Below are positions 26,871 through 39,564 of a stretch of 64,000 nt of DNA, piece by piece. Within the stretch, counting starts at the first letter, position 1, and each line of letters begins with the position of its first letter. Source of the stretch: Octopus bimaculoides (lineage: Eukaryota); the NCBI RefSeq assembly GCF_001194135.2, contig NC_068991.1, forward strand, positions 52,418,096 to 52,482,095. The letters run 5' to 3'. Position numbers and translations under genes: made by a program. Under the pieces are notes generated by a model. It was not told the DNA's origin. It worked only from the letters and a program-made list of their open reading frames with translations, and ran no database searches.

Positions 26871-27940
26871 CATAATGTATTCCGTTTTACCAAAGAAATT
26901 GTTGATAACTCATAATAGATTTCTTTGGCTATTTAATCTGCTCCTGACATCATGAATTCGTTAATTCATCCATGTTATAGTATTCCGCTATGGGTGACTC
27001 AAAATTAATGGAGAATAAGTAACGGGGGTAGATGTACTAGTGTTGTTTAACCCCTGGAGTTAAACAACTGGCTTTACCATCACACGTGTCTCTACGACCG
27101 TGTAATCTAATACTTTTAGTGGGTCGCTATGCGATTCTATTTGGACTGTGACCATGCTGGAGCACCGCCTTCCAATACTTTTAGTCGAATATATCGAACC
27201 CAGAGTTTATTTTATTCTGGAATTTATTGAATGTTCGAATTTATCTTTTGACATAAGATCAGTTTTAACCGGTTTGTAACATACAGGCATTGTGGGAAAT
27301 TATTACATCTTGTAATTATGTTCACAAACAGGGAAAAAAAGCACATTGTTCTGACACATTTTGTGGCTTATACTCCATTCTTTAGAAAACAAAAGTCCTT
27401 TTTCACCTTTCTGCTTACGAAGAGAATTTCGTAACAAGTGCTATTTCAACAAGTCACAAACTAATACTTATTTGTCCGTTTATGACGTGAATAATTTAAG
27501 ATGTACGCACAAACATACATAAAATACATATACATGCAAGCACACATACACAGCCATAAACACACAGACACATACGTTCCATGATGTAGGTGTTACAAAC
27601 TGTAACCAAAATAACATTAAATTTTATCTCAAATTTTCTAATACCTGCTGACTCCTGCCTTGAGTAATTTATTGGTTTTATCAACGTTCACTTTCAAAAC
27701 TCTTTCATCTCTTTTTTCAACACCTGTTAATACACCAATATTTACCTATTTCTACTTTAAGCGTTATGCTATTCCTTCTCCAATTTTCAACAATTTGTTT
27801 TTTGTGCCTCAATAACTTCCCCTGTTTCATCAGAAATCTTTTTATCTTTCTCTTCAAACAACTTTGGTTTCATTTTGTTACCCTTTTTCGTACACCTTTT
27901 TTTTTTACATTCTGCTACACCCTCTGTACATTTTGATAAT

Positions 27941-27996
<56 letters not shown>

Positions 27997-28539
27997 GTGT
28001 ATCTTTTGTAGAACCTTTCTTTGCCATTTGGTCAATCGCTTAGAAATATAACCTTTTATTTTATGGTTTGTAGGTCACAATATACATATATTTTTTAATT
28101 ACGCACTTGTTTACATTTATATGATCAAAACTTTAACAGTTGACATTTGCTAATTAAAATAAGGGTAGTTAATTATGCTAGCCTATCTATTGTAATTGGT
28201 ACGTTGTGGTTAGGAACAACAGTCAGTGGGTTCTTTTCTTAAAAAGGAAAGCGTATGGATGACAGAACCAAACGTTGGGGTAGTTCGGTGTTAATGGAAC
28301 ATAAGTCTGGGAGAGAAGGAAACGTTCTGATAGGAATTTTCCTGAAGAAGCTACATATTTTCAGCCTCAAAAGTGAGGGTTTCCAGGAGACTTATGCCAA
28401 ACAAAGTGGAATGCTTTGTCGAACTGAAGGACAATACCATAAGTAAATGGCTGTCGGTACGTAACTTAGGAAAATAGGTTTTCGAGTGATCCTTAGGAAG
28501 ACCGCCTAACAAAACTACTCAGCAATAAAAGTAATCGTT

Positions 28540-28757
28540 CAAGACGGCGAGCTAGAAGAATTGTTAACATGCCGGACAAAATGCTTTGCGGTATTTCGTC
28601 CGACTTTACTTCTGAGTTCAAATGCTGCCGAGGTCCACTTTGCCTTATCATCTTTTCGAAGTCGATAAAATGAGTACCAGTTGAGCAATGGAGTCGATGT
28701 AATCGACTAGCTTACTCTCCCGAGCTTGCTAGCCTTGTGCCAAAATTTGAAACCAAT
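28540..28757 (+). mobile_element. SINE family A
   Basis: Head, body and CTTGTGCCAAAATTTGAAACCAAT tail. Confidence 0.8.
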
Positions 28758-29589
28758 AAAAGTAATCGGTTACTAACGTTTTTATGACTTCCGAGATGAC
28801 TGAGGTGAGAACATTTTGACTGATGTGACTGGAAAGCCACATTGTTTCTATTCCATCACGGATTCCATTCATGACCCCCCCCCCCCAAAAAAGCACTTGA
28901 TATAGTACACTTCGTTATATATAGGTGTCAAGACTATGTACGACCTACAGATGTAAACTGCGAAATTATTGTACAATTAACTCGAGTTGCATTTAATTTT
29001 TAGTTCGTGTGCTGTAATAAAACCGGCTATGAGCTAACAAGTAGCTGCATCTGTACTATATACAGCTGTACAATCATCTCGGCTAACCTGGCTTATTTCT
29101 GAATCTGACTGGGTGCTTGTTCAAGCTGGCGTGCTACAATCTTATCCCATGATAAACTAATCATATACTCACACATCTACCATGAAGTGGATATCTTACT
29201 CAACTCGAGGTGTTCTGTAAAGACAAACGATATATACAGAATTAATATACATGGAATATAAATTATGTTTATTTACATAATATCTTCAGAGTATCATATT
29301 GAAGTAATGTTAGAGTTATGGTGGACAGATGTTTTTTTCTCTTTAATTCCTCTCATATGACTGCAGATGTAACAACGTGCTTGGCACATATTCACTGTGG
29401 TATGGAAGACAGATGTTCAACGTAGAATATCGTTTGGAGAGATTTGTTTTTAGTGTTCTGATACATTACTGTATTCGTATATCAATCAATTTATATGTAC
29501 ATAAGTACGAAAATATTCGTGAGTGTGTTTACATACATTAACACAAATACATACACCCAAAAATTTCGGGCCTTATGCCTAGAGTAGAA

Positions 29590-30172
29590 AAGATTTTCTT
29601 AGAGAGAACTCATATCGCCGAGGTGATGCTTTGAATATCTCTGGGGATATATCTAACTGTGGTGCCATTGCAAGAGCAAATTCTTGAATATCGGCCCTGC
29701 GTACAACCAAAGCCTTTGTTCTTCTCTCAGCAATCCATCCCGAGGTAATATCTTCTGGCTCCGAAAATATCGGTTGTCGACCTGATCTACACTTGTGCTT
29801 CTTAGCACTTTCCTCATTCACCTGTTTACTGAGATTATCGTACTTTGCTCGCCATTTTCGAACCATTCGGAGATCTAACATCTCCTTAGAGAAAGCCGTA
29901 AGATTCTTGTTATGTGACTCTTCCACAATTCCACAATTCCTTTCTTGTACTCCACGGAATAACTCTTTCTTTTTGCACACATCTTGCCTGGGGGACAAGG
30001 CAGTCAAGCCAAGAGAGTCAACTCCGGGCATGCGCTCAGCGCAGACTTTAGCTAAGCTGCGATAGTTGGTATATTTTGCAAACATCACATGTTCTTGCTA
30101 ACAAGCCGATGCATTTTTGGCTAGGTCTTATTTTCGGGGTAGCGCTTATATTAAAAACATCCTGAAAGAACA
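29590..30172 (-). mobile_element. pogo/Tigger-like DNA transposon remnant (CENP-B-type HTH)
   Basis: RMVRKWRAKY...SGRQPIFSE.EDI..WIAERRTKALVVRRADIQEFALAMA...FKAS. Subterminal TAGGTCTTATTTTCGGGG motif near 30122. Runs into a gap. Confidence 0.75.
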
Positions 30173-31799
30173 NNNNNNNNNNNNNNNNNNNNNNNNNNNN
30201 NNNNNNNNNNNNNNNNNNNNNNNNNNNNNNNNNNNNNNNNNNNNNNNNNNNNNNNNNNNNNNNNNNNNNNNNNNNNNNNNNNNNNNNNNNNNNNNNNNNN
30301 NNNNNNNNNNNNNNNNNNNNNNNNNNNNNNNNNNNNNNNNNNNNNNNNNNNNNNNNNNNNNNNNNNNNNNNNNNNNNNNNNNNNNNNNNNNNNNNNNNNN
30401 NNNNNNNNNNNNNNNNNNNNNNNNNNNNNNNNNNNNNNNNNNNNNNNNNNNNNNNNNNNNNNNNNNNNNNNNNNNNNNNNNNNNNNNNNNNNNNNNNNNN
30501 NNNNNNNNNNNNNNNNNNNNNNNNNNNNNNNNNNNNNNNNNNNNNNNNNNNNNNNNNNNNNNNNNNNNNNNNNNNNNNNNNNNNNNNNNNNNNNNNNNNN
30601 NNNNNNNNNNNNNNNNNNNNNNNNNNNNNNNNNNNNNNNNNNNNNNNNNNNNNNNNNNNNNNNNNNNNNNNNNNNNNNNNNNNNNNNNNNNNNNNNNNNN
30701 NNNNNNNNNNNNNNNNNNNNNNNNNNNNNNNNNNNNNNNNNNNNNNNNNNNNNNNNNNNNNNNNNNNNNNNNNNNNNNNNNNNNNNNNNNNNNNNNNNNN
30801 NNNNNNNNNNNNNNNNNNNNNNNNNNNNNNNNNNNNNNNNNNNNNNNNNNNNNNNNNNNNNNNNNNNNNNNNNNNNNNNNNNNNNNNNNNNNNNNNNNNN
30901 NNNNNNNNNNNNNNNNNNNNNNNNNNNNNNNNNNNNNNNNNNNNNNNNNNNNNNNNNNNNNNNNNNNNNNNNNNNNNNNNNNNNNNNNNNNNNNNNNNNN
31001 NNNNNNNNNNNNNNNNNNNNNNNNNNNNNNNNNNNNNNNTGTGTGTGTGTGTGTGTGTGTCCATATAAACATACATGATGATGATGATGGTTGTCCACTC
31101 GTGACCGCGGAAGATCGTCATTGACCCATTACCCATACAAAATGCCAGCAATTCCTGTATATGACGTTATTGCACCAGCAGTCGGCTTCACCCAGGTTCC
31201 CATCTGCGGCTTCCATACCCGCCGCGGTGCCCTCCTGCTTGATCGGACATCGGATAGTCGCATCGCCGGCGATTGTCTCAAATTTTAGGACTAATCAGGC
31301 TTGTACAGCATATCACAGACCCTCTCCACGCTATTAACAGGATCCAGAGACAAACCAAAGCAAAATATCCAGTGGCAGTATGGTTTACAGGCTCAGAAAT
31401 ATGAGAACGTCATGATCTGAAGCGCAAGCAAAAGATCCCCAAAATGTCCACTACCATTCCCTGCACATCTAGTTTTATGTCGGAGTGACCTTCTCCTAGA
31501 AACATGCTTTAACAAAAACTAAGGGGTGCCTCACTCCCATTGGTCTTCCAGCACGCCGGACACCAACCCGAATTTCTGAGGATCCGTGCTATTGCTAGAC
31601 AGTTGCTGAACCTACACTACGTTCATCCCTCCTTTTGACAGATCGCAGGGAAGCTAATGGGTGTACCGGGTTAGTCACCGACGACCGTGCAACAGGTTGC
31701 ACTGGATTCCATATTATCAGCAGCACGCATGAAACACCTCATAAGTGACCTGACACATACATACATACATACATACATACATACATACATACATACATA

Positions 31800-31980
31800 C
31801 ATCGTGGTACTTCGTCGGTTACGACGACGAGGGTTCCACTTGATCCAATCAATGGAACAGCCTGCTCGTGATATTAACGTGCAAGTGGCTGAGCGTGTAC
31901 CCTTAACGTAGTTCTCGGGGTGATTCAGCGTGACACAAAGTGTGACAAGATTGGCCTTTTTTTAAATACAGGTACAACAG
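31800..31980 (-). mobile_element. SINE family C 3' half
   Basis: Reverse-complement match to ~43350-43530. Confidence 0.7.
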
Positions 31981-31994
31981 AAAGGGGAAGAAAA

Positions 31995-32225
31995 GCGGCG
32001 AGCTGGCAGAAACGTTAGCACGTCGGGCGAAATGCTTAGCGGTGTTTCGTCTGCCGCTACGTTCTGAGTTCAAATTCTGCCGAGGTCGACTTTGCTTTTC
32101 ATCCTTTCGAGGTCGATAAATTAAGTACCAGTTACGCACTGGGGTCGATGTAATCGACTTAATCCCTCTGTCTGTCCTTGTTTGTCCTCTCTATGTTTAG
32201 CCCCTTATGAGCAATGAAGAAATAA
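31995..32225 (+). mobile_element. SINE family A (variant tail)
   Basis: Tail TGTCTGTCCTTGTTTGTCC..TAGCCCCTT..AATGAAGAAATAAG. Confidence 0.85.
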
Positions 32226-32554
32226 GAAAGAGGAAGAAAAAGTGAGAAAAAGTTGTGGTGAAAGAATACAGCAGGGTTCACCACCCCACCCCCTGCCGTA
32301 GCCTCGTGGAGCTTTAGGTGTTTTTGCTCAATAAACACTCACAACGCCCGGTCTGGGAATCGAAACCGCGATCCTATGACTGCCCTAACCACTGGGCCAT
32401 TGTGCCTCCACATACATACACACATACATACATACATACGTACATACAAACATACATTATATTATATTATATTTATATTACGTTATATTATATTACTTTA
32501 CATTGTATTATATATTATTTAAAACAGTTTGATTTGGCTCCCTGCGACTTTAAG

Positions 32555-32589
<35 letters not shown>

Positions 32590-32593
<4 letters not shown>

Positions 32594-32790
32594 AACCCAC
32601 CACAGCTTAACAACTAGTGTAGGTGTGTTGACGCCTCCATGACTTAGCGGTTCGGCAAAAGAGACCGAAAGAACAATACCAGGCTTCAAAGAAAAGTACT
32701 GGAGTCAATTCGTTGGACTAAAAATTCTTCAAGGCGATGCTCCAGTATGGCCGCCGTCTAATGACTGAAATAAGTAAAAAAAATAAAAGA
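32590..32790 (+). mobile_element. SINE family B 3' half
   Basis: Tail match. Confidence 0.7.
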
Positions 32791-33730
32791 GAAAAAAGAA
32801 ACTTGGTTAAGCTTTCTAAATTAGTAATGTGGGTTTTTATTGATTCATTTTATACTCCACCGCGACATTTAGTATTTAAGAGAACTTATTTCCGGCAGTT
32901 TATTTTATTTTTATTTTATTTAGCTTTTACAATTTCTTTGTTTTGTTTTCTTTATTCTATTTTATTTTGCTTATATATTTTATAGGTGTTATATTTCGAG
33001 ATGGTCTCTTTTTTTCTTGCCAAATAGGCATCCGCGCTATATATTCGTTCTTCACTTGTTTATTGTTATTCTTATCTTATGTCCATTGTCTGGAAATCTT
33101 TCGTCGCACATCCTGTTACCTCTTCAGCGACTCTCCATCTCACGTGTCTCCTCCGGTTCCGTTTAGTCCTTCTATTTTATTACTGCTTTTGAATAATGAT
33201 CTCTTTCTCAGACATCATTTATCTGACGCACTGTTATAGTACCGAATTATTACCTGACCACTCCAAATCTGTCACAAAGAATTTGAAACATAAATATATT
33301 ATAGTTATAATTTAGCTATCCGTTATCTGAAATCTGGTAGTACTGGTTAGTCTATGAATCGCTGACAAAATATAATAACACCGAAACATATCCAGAGTTT
33401 TCATCTTTATGCCAACGGATGCTTATTTCCTTTTTTAAGTTAATTATTTTTAATTTACATTAGAATTAATCATTGCACTATCGATATTTTTTTCCCCATA
33501 CCACGGATGGAATTTTTCATTATTGAAATTCGTTTATTCTCCGCAATAAGTATGTTAGTACCATCTTATCTAACCTAAGTCCATAGTCTTGTCGATATAT
33601 ATATATCGACATGAGAGTTTACATGCCCCGCTACGCCGTTGCAGCCACCGGAAAATACACAAAGCATATACATTAGTGTATGTATTTAATTATATTTATT
33701 ATACTAGAGCTGCTTTTACTTTATATGTAA

Positions 33731-33763
<33 letters not shown>

Positions 33764-33806
33764 CATACGGACATACACACACATTCCCCAAAACATGTAT
33801 GTATGC

Positions 33807-33878
<72 letters not shown>

Positions 33879-34132
33879 GGAGAGAGATATACATGTTACG
33901 GTCGCTAGTTTCCATTTGTTTTAATGTCTTACATATTTTGTTGTTGTTCAAAAACCTCGCTGAGTCACGTAACCCTCCCAACGACCCAGAATGCTTATCT
34001 GGGTGACGAATTATGCTTGGTACCATAAACTGTTGCGGTCTGTACCAAGGTTGAATTATCGTGCCCCACTTATTAAAGCGTCTTTCCTTCACCAGCTTAC
34101 ATTTGCTGCATTTCAACATTTCTTCATAGTAT

Positions 34133-34345
34133 AAGGCGGCGAGCTGGATGAATCGTTGGCACACCGGGCAAAATGCTTAGCGGCATTTTGTCCGTCTTTA
34201 CGTTCTCAGTTCAAATTCCGCCGCGACCGACTTTGCTTTTCATCTTTTTGGAGTCGATAAAATAAGTACTAGTTGAGCATTGGGGTCGATGTAATTGACT
34301 ATCCTCCTCCCCCAAATTCAGGCCTTGTACCTATTGTAGAAAGGG
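34133..34345 (+). mobile_element. SINE family A
   Basis: Full copy whose tail abuts the RLE stack. Confidence 0.85.
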
Positions 34346-34530
34346 TCTCACAGAGTCTTTTTCCACGATACTTCACATCCAAGTACCAATCTCAAAATCC
34401 TCGCTGTGCCCAATAAAGTAGTTTTCTGAGCATCTTCTATCCGCTTGTCAACCCCAATTTCTCCCACAAATTTCTCAAACCTGGTTGTTAATGCACCTAA
34501 TGCCTCAACTACTGGGATGACAATTACTCT
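34345..34530 (-). mobile_element. RLE (R4/Dong-like) LINE C-terminal tail, piece 3 of a stack
   Basis: RVIVIPVVEALGALTTRFEKFVGEIGVDKRIEDAQKTTLLGTARILRLVLGC. Confidence 0.8.
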
Positions 34531-34906
34531 ATTATTATGTTGTTGTTTTTTTCCTTCTTTCTTCAAATTTTCTTCCATTTCTCGCCGAGTGTTTTCCGTA
34601 CACCTAGGGCAGAGAAACTTGTATGCATTCCCAGTTTACACACGCAAATTCACAGGTAAAACATGTATTTAAGAAAACAAAAAAAAAGAAAAGAAATTCA
34701 TGAATGGACGTTGTTTTCACAGCGATAATGCTTTTCTCAGTACATGAGTCGTTCCAGTTAGCACGATTTTTTGCACTTCCTGTAAGGATGGTAAGCCTGG
34801 TATCATTTTCAAATAAGTTTCAGTACCTTTTTTTTATCATTCTTGGAGATCTTACAATCACTGGTATGGTAGTCGCCTTGAGGTGCCACATTTTTTCAAT
34901 TTCTAT
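34531..34906 (-). mobile_element. RLE LINE C-terminal tail with 3' UTR and (AAT)n end, piece 2 of a stack
   Basis: IEIEKMWHLKATTIPVIV...GTETYLKMIPGLPSLQEVQKIVLTGTTHVLRKALSL* (stop 34717-34719), then ~180 nt UTR ending CAACAACATAATAAT. Confidence 0.8.
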
Positions 34907-35170
34907 CGTGCTACAACAAGTAGCCGTAGATGCTAAGAACCTTCCTAAGAATCCTAGCTGTTCCTAATAATACTGTTTTCTGGAGCTGCACTAAATTAGG
35001 TTTTATGCCTATTTCTTCTATCCATCTGTTCAAATCTTTAGGAATAGTTCCTAATGCACCAATAACTACAGAGGTACATTTTACCTGCACTTTCCATTGC
35101 CTCTATAACTAGGTCCTGGTACTTTGCTATTTTCTCTATACCTCACATATTGACTTTCTCATTATTGCTG
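34907..35170 (-). mobile_element. RLE LINE C-terminal tail, piece 1 of a stack
   Basis: EKIAKYQDLVIE / RQWKVQVKCTSVVIGALGTIPKDLNRWIEEIGIKPNLVQLQKTVLLGTARILRKVLSI. Confidence 0.8.
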
Positions 35171-37191
35171 CACTTTTGGTATGTACCTTCCCAAATAACT
35201 TTGTGGTCTCAAGTCTTGTGAGTTGAATTGGGTTGGCGGAAACCATGTGATCGCCCGTCCGATGGATTCTTAAAGTTCTTGAATATTAAACTTCGTCCGT
35301 CATTTGATTTAACACCATCACACAGTTCTTGCGTGCTTGTAACGTAGACCACTCTGTCGCAAGCATTCGAACCAAGTCTCCAATGTGAGGTTTACGGTTG
35401 TGGTTTCTTCCACACTTCCTCCATCGCAAGTTCCACGCGTACAACAAAAAGATCATGGTCCTTGCCTTTCTTCCTCTGTAAGAGCCACTTCTGTCTATTT
35501 TCCATATTGTTAGAATTATTTCCTACATATGAAGCCCTTAACTCTATCATGTCTGTTTATATATTCTGTTTCAGTTAAAACAGGGCAGCTAGAAGCAATG
35601 CATTTTTTTTTTTGGTTGCCTCTACGTAATTTGGTTTTACTATTTTTGCATTTTACTTCATTATTATATGTTGGTGTAGTTCTAAGGTGAAAACTTTCTC
35701 TTGTGTTACTATCAAAATCTCTCCGACCTCAGCTTCAGTATTTCAATCAAAGCTGATTTCTTCTTTTATCCACTTAGCTTTATTCAATCTGTCAAGTATC
35801 GGGTATTTAAAGGATCCATATTAATATGTGTATATATTAGGTATATAAAGGATTCTTAGTAATATGTATTGGACATACAAGGAGTTCATATAAATGTATA
35901 TACGTATTGACTATATAGAAGATTCATATAAATATGTGTATATTATGAGCAAATGAGCAGAGAGGGACCCTGTTTATTCGAAGTGTGAAACTTGTTTTTT
36001 CATCGTTGTTTTCACCTTTTAAAGTAATTCGTGAAATTATAATTATATTTATAAAGTAACCAGCTAAACCATGCCTCTATATTATATCTTGGTAAAAATC
36101 AAATACTTTATGAGCCCGTACCTCTTCCCCTACGCTCGTCCACCGTCCACCTTTCCCTCTGGCCTAAACAAAAGCGAAGAACAACAATCATTATTTTATG
36201 GAAGAGTCTCAGCAGGTTTCGTCTTTTGTTTGTTCCTCAATAGCAGAGCCTGTTTGAAAGACATTCAGTGCTGGAGGTTTCTTACTCCAATTTCACGTCA
36301 GCATTCCCCGCCTGTCGTTTATACAACCAAATTCACAAAACAGAATAGGTTGTTTTAAACACTCGTGCATCTTATAATCACACAGTAAATCATTGTTGTA
36401 GGTTTCGTTATAAAATACGAAGGATTTAATCTTCGTTTTTAATGATCAGTTTGCGCATGCAAGTATTTGTCATGGATGTAAGTCCTGAAATTATTTTTTG
36501 ACGAATCTGTATAATTTATTCTTCAAATGTCGGAAATTCCACATCCTACACATTTCGAAAGAAAGAAAGGTTTGCTCCTGCCCTAAAAAACGATAGACCT
36601 AAACAATTTGGTTGGGTTGACACTTGAATCAGTTGACAGTTATTCTAGCTGTAGACAACTCCTATCATTGCAACAGCTACTCTCATTCATTCTCCGACCG
36701 GAAGAGCAGGTATAATAGAAAGGTTTTTAACAACAACTATTTTAGCAAAACTAAATTACAGTCGTTGATTGAAAAAAAAGGTAAGTTGAAATGGGTTTTT
36801 CTTTCCTTCTTTGGATTTTATTTCGTTTATATTAAATTGCCCACAGCGAATTCACAGAATCGGATAGAATACCTTACTGTATTGGTTCCGGCTCACCGTG
36901 TTGCGAGTTCAAACTCGGCCGNNNNNNNNNNNNNNNNNNNNNNNNNNNNNNNNNNNNNNNNNNNNNNNNNNNNNNNNNNNNNNNNNNNNNNNNNNNNNNN
37001 NNNNNNNNNNNNNNNNNNNNNNNNNNNNNNNNNNNNNNNNNNNNNNNNNNNNNNNNNNNNNNNNNNNNNNNNNNNNNNNNNNNNNNNNNNNNNNNNNNNN
37101 NNNNNNNNNNNNNNNNNNNNNNNNNNNNNNNNNNNNNNNNNNNNNNNNNNNNNNNNNNNNNNNNNNNNNNNNNNNNNNNNNNATATGTATG

Positions 37192-37239
<48 letters not shown>

Positions 37240-37242
<3 letters not shown>

Positions 37243-37370
37243 GGCGGGCTACTTTCAGTTTTTGTCTACCAAATCCACTCACAATGTTTTGGTCGGCCCG
37301 AGGCCATGCAGTGGACTGAACCCGAGATCATGTGGTTGAGAAGGAAACTTTTTACTTCACAGCCAAGCCT
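37240..37370 (-). mobile_element. SINE family B 5' half
   Basis: Head match after the gap. Confidence 0.7.
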
Positions 37371-37741
37371 TAAATTACAAGGAGACGTACATGCGAAAAA
37401 AAAATATGAGTTTATAATTAACAGCAGCAATGATAAGCATAGTTGACAACATCAACAAATATTGATATAACAGTTATAAACAGAAACAGAGGGATAATAA
37501 ATATGGAGAAGGTCACGAACTTTGAGGAGGGAAAAGCGAGTAAATCAGACCCCTCTCTTCAGTACTTTTTAAGGAAAGATATAGACCATTGGATGAATTC
37601 CAGTATTTGATAGGCACGTATTTTATAATGGATGATGGCAGGGCAAAAGCGCCGAAACCACACCCCGCAAGGCATGTCACTGTTTCTACAATCAAATACT
37701 ATGCTCTTAAATGACGATGATAATGATCATCATCATCATCA

Positions 37742-37945
37742 TCTTTTCTACTAAAGGCACAAGGTCTGAAATTGAGGGTTGGGGTGGCTTAGTCGACTCC
37801 AGTGCTCAACTGGTACTTACTTTATCAATCCCGAAAGGATGAAAAGCAAAACTGACCTCAGCGACGTTTGAACTCGGTGTAAAGTACTGGAACAAATATT
37901 GCAAAGAGTTTTGTTTGATGCTCTAATAATTTTGAAAATCCACCA
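37742..37945 (-). mobile_element. SINE family A (degenerate)
   Basis: Reverse-complement match with (GAT)n tail. Confidence 0.7.
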
Positions 37946-38407
37946 TCAGATTGGCGAAAACAGCAGACTGCGGGGTCTAAATGTCTGGTGGTATTTACTT
38001 ATATGTCTTGACGCTCTGAGTTCAAATTCCTGTGTTGGCTTGCCTTTCCAGTTTCCAGGTTGATATAGTATCAATGATACAACAGGGCTGATTCAGTCAA
38101 CTCTATCCTTTCTCAGTATTGTATAAAATCAATTGTTTTTCGTGGTTTAATACTGAGTTTCTCGGTAAGTTTACTTAAATACTACAGCATAAAAGACAGA
38201 ATAATAGTCTTCACAAACATCGCTGTACACAAAGATAAAATAGCAATACATCAAAGATAGAATAAGTTGTCCGAAAGAATTACGTTAGTAGGATTTGATA
38301 GTTCATATATAGTCTATTTTCCCGATATGCCATTGTCCAGTTATTGGTATGGTTTATGTGTATTGCCGGAGGAAGACTCAGTAAATAGACCAACTAAAAG
38401 AAATATC

Positions 38408-39355
38408 GGATCTTTCTGATTTGACGGGCGCCACTTGTTTTCTTAACGAAACCCTTTCAAACTTGGGACACTGGTAGAATGTGTCATATAAAACATATTT
38501 TATTCTTAGTGTTATTGAGAAATTTTTATCTTTTTAAAGTTATTTCGTGTTAAAATTGTCGTATTTCGGTAATTTCAACCAATCACTGACGTCTATTGGG
38601 GTGAAAACAATTACTACTATGGATTGTCAACAAAGAGGTTGTGCGGTGTAATGGGATCTTTTCCCTTGAATAAAATTAGAGCCGTTGTTTGTCAACAACA
38701 ACTATCGGCGGTACTGTTATTTATGACATCCTTCGTGCGTTTGTACTGGTTTTAGCTTTAGGGTTTTAGGGTTAGAGTTCGGGTTTTAGAGTTAGGGTTA
38801 GGTTTTAGGCGAAAGCTCCGCATGTTCCTCCTGAATTTCACTGTCCTCAACATAGGTATCCAGTACCAAATGATTCTTAGATCTATTTGAATTCAAATAT
38901 GAAACCGTAAGGTATTTGTACTTGAACAACTATAAGAAGTCATAACTACAAAGCATTGTCTACATCTTAAATTATTTTTAAAACGGTTAAAAAGCAAAAT
39001 GGATGGTAAATTCTATCCGATGGAAATTTCAAAATTTAAACACAGGAAGTGGCTCAATGGTGAATTTTCTAAATCATAGCATGATTCGTTATTCGGTAAC
39101 TTTATTTTTTAAGTTCAAATCCTATGAGGATTAATTTGTCATTTCAAGCATCCAATCTCTTCAAAACAAGATGTAATTTTGCTCGGTGGAAAAAAACTGG
39201 ATAACTGCTAGATTTCGACTGATTTTCTTTTTTATGTTATATGTGCTTAAACAAAATGATTCTGAATAAAATGAAAATAATCAAATATGCTTGAAAATTT
39301 AAAAGAAAAAAAGAACATAAAAGAAATAGCAGATCATTGTATCATAAAAAGATCC
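38408..39355. mobile_element. Related GGATCTTT-terminated element with degenerate TTAGGG array
   Basis: Left ~190 bp aligns to the 40571 element. Degenerate (T)TTAGGG at ~38757-38809. Possible right end AAAGATCC at 39355, with flanks AGAAATATC/AGAAATATT. Confidence 0.6.
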
Positions 39356-39564
39356 AGAAATATTTGATGTGCATTATAGTTGATGGTGTACGGCGACGAA
39401 ACCTTCGGCCTCCTTCAAATATACAACTTTAAAAAGGTGATTTTGTATTGAGACGGGTTTTTTTATTAAATCAAGGGCTTTATCAAATCAAGGGCGAGTA
39501 GATTTGTATATATTTAATGCAAGCCACTGGAAAAATTGAAGAAATAGAAGCAACAGCAAAACAA

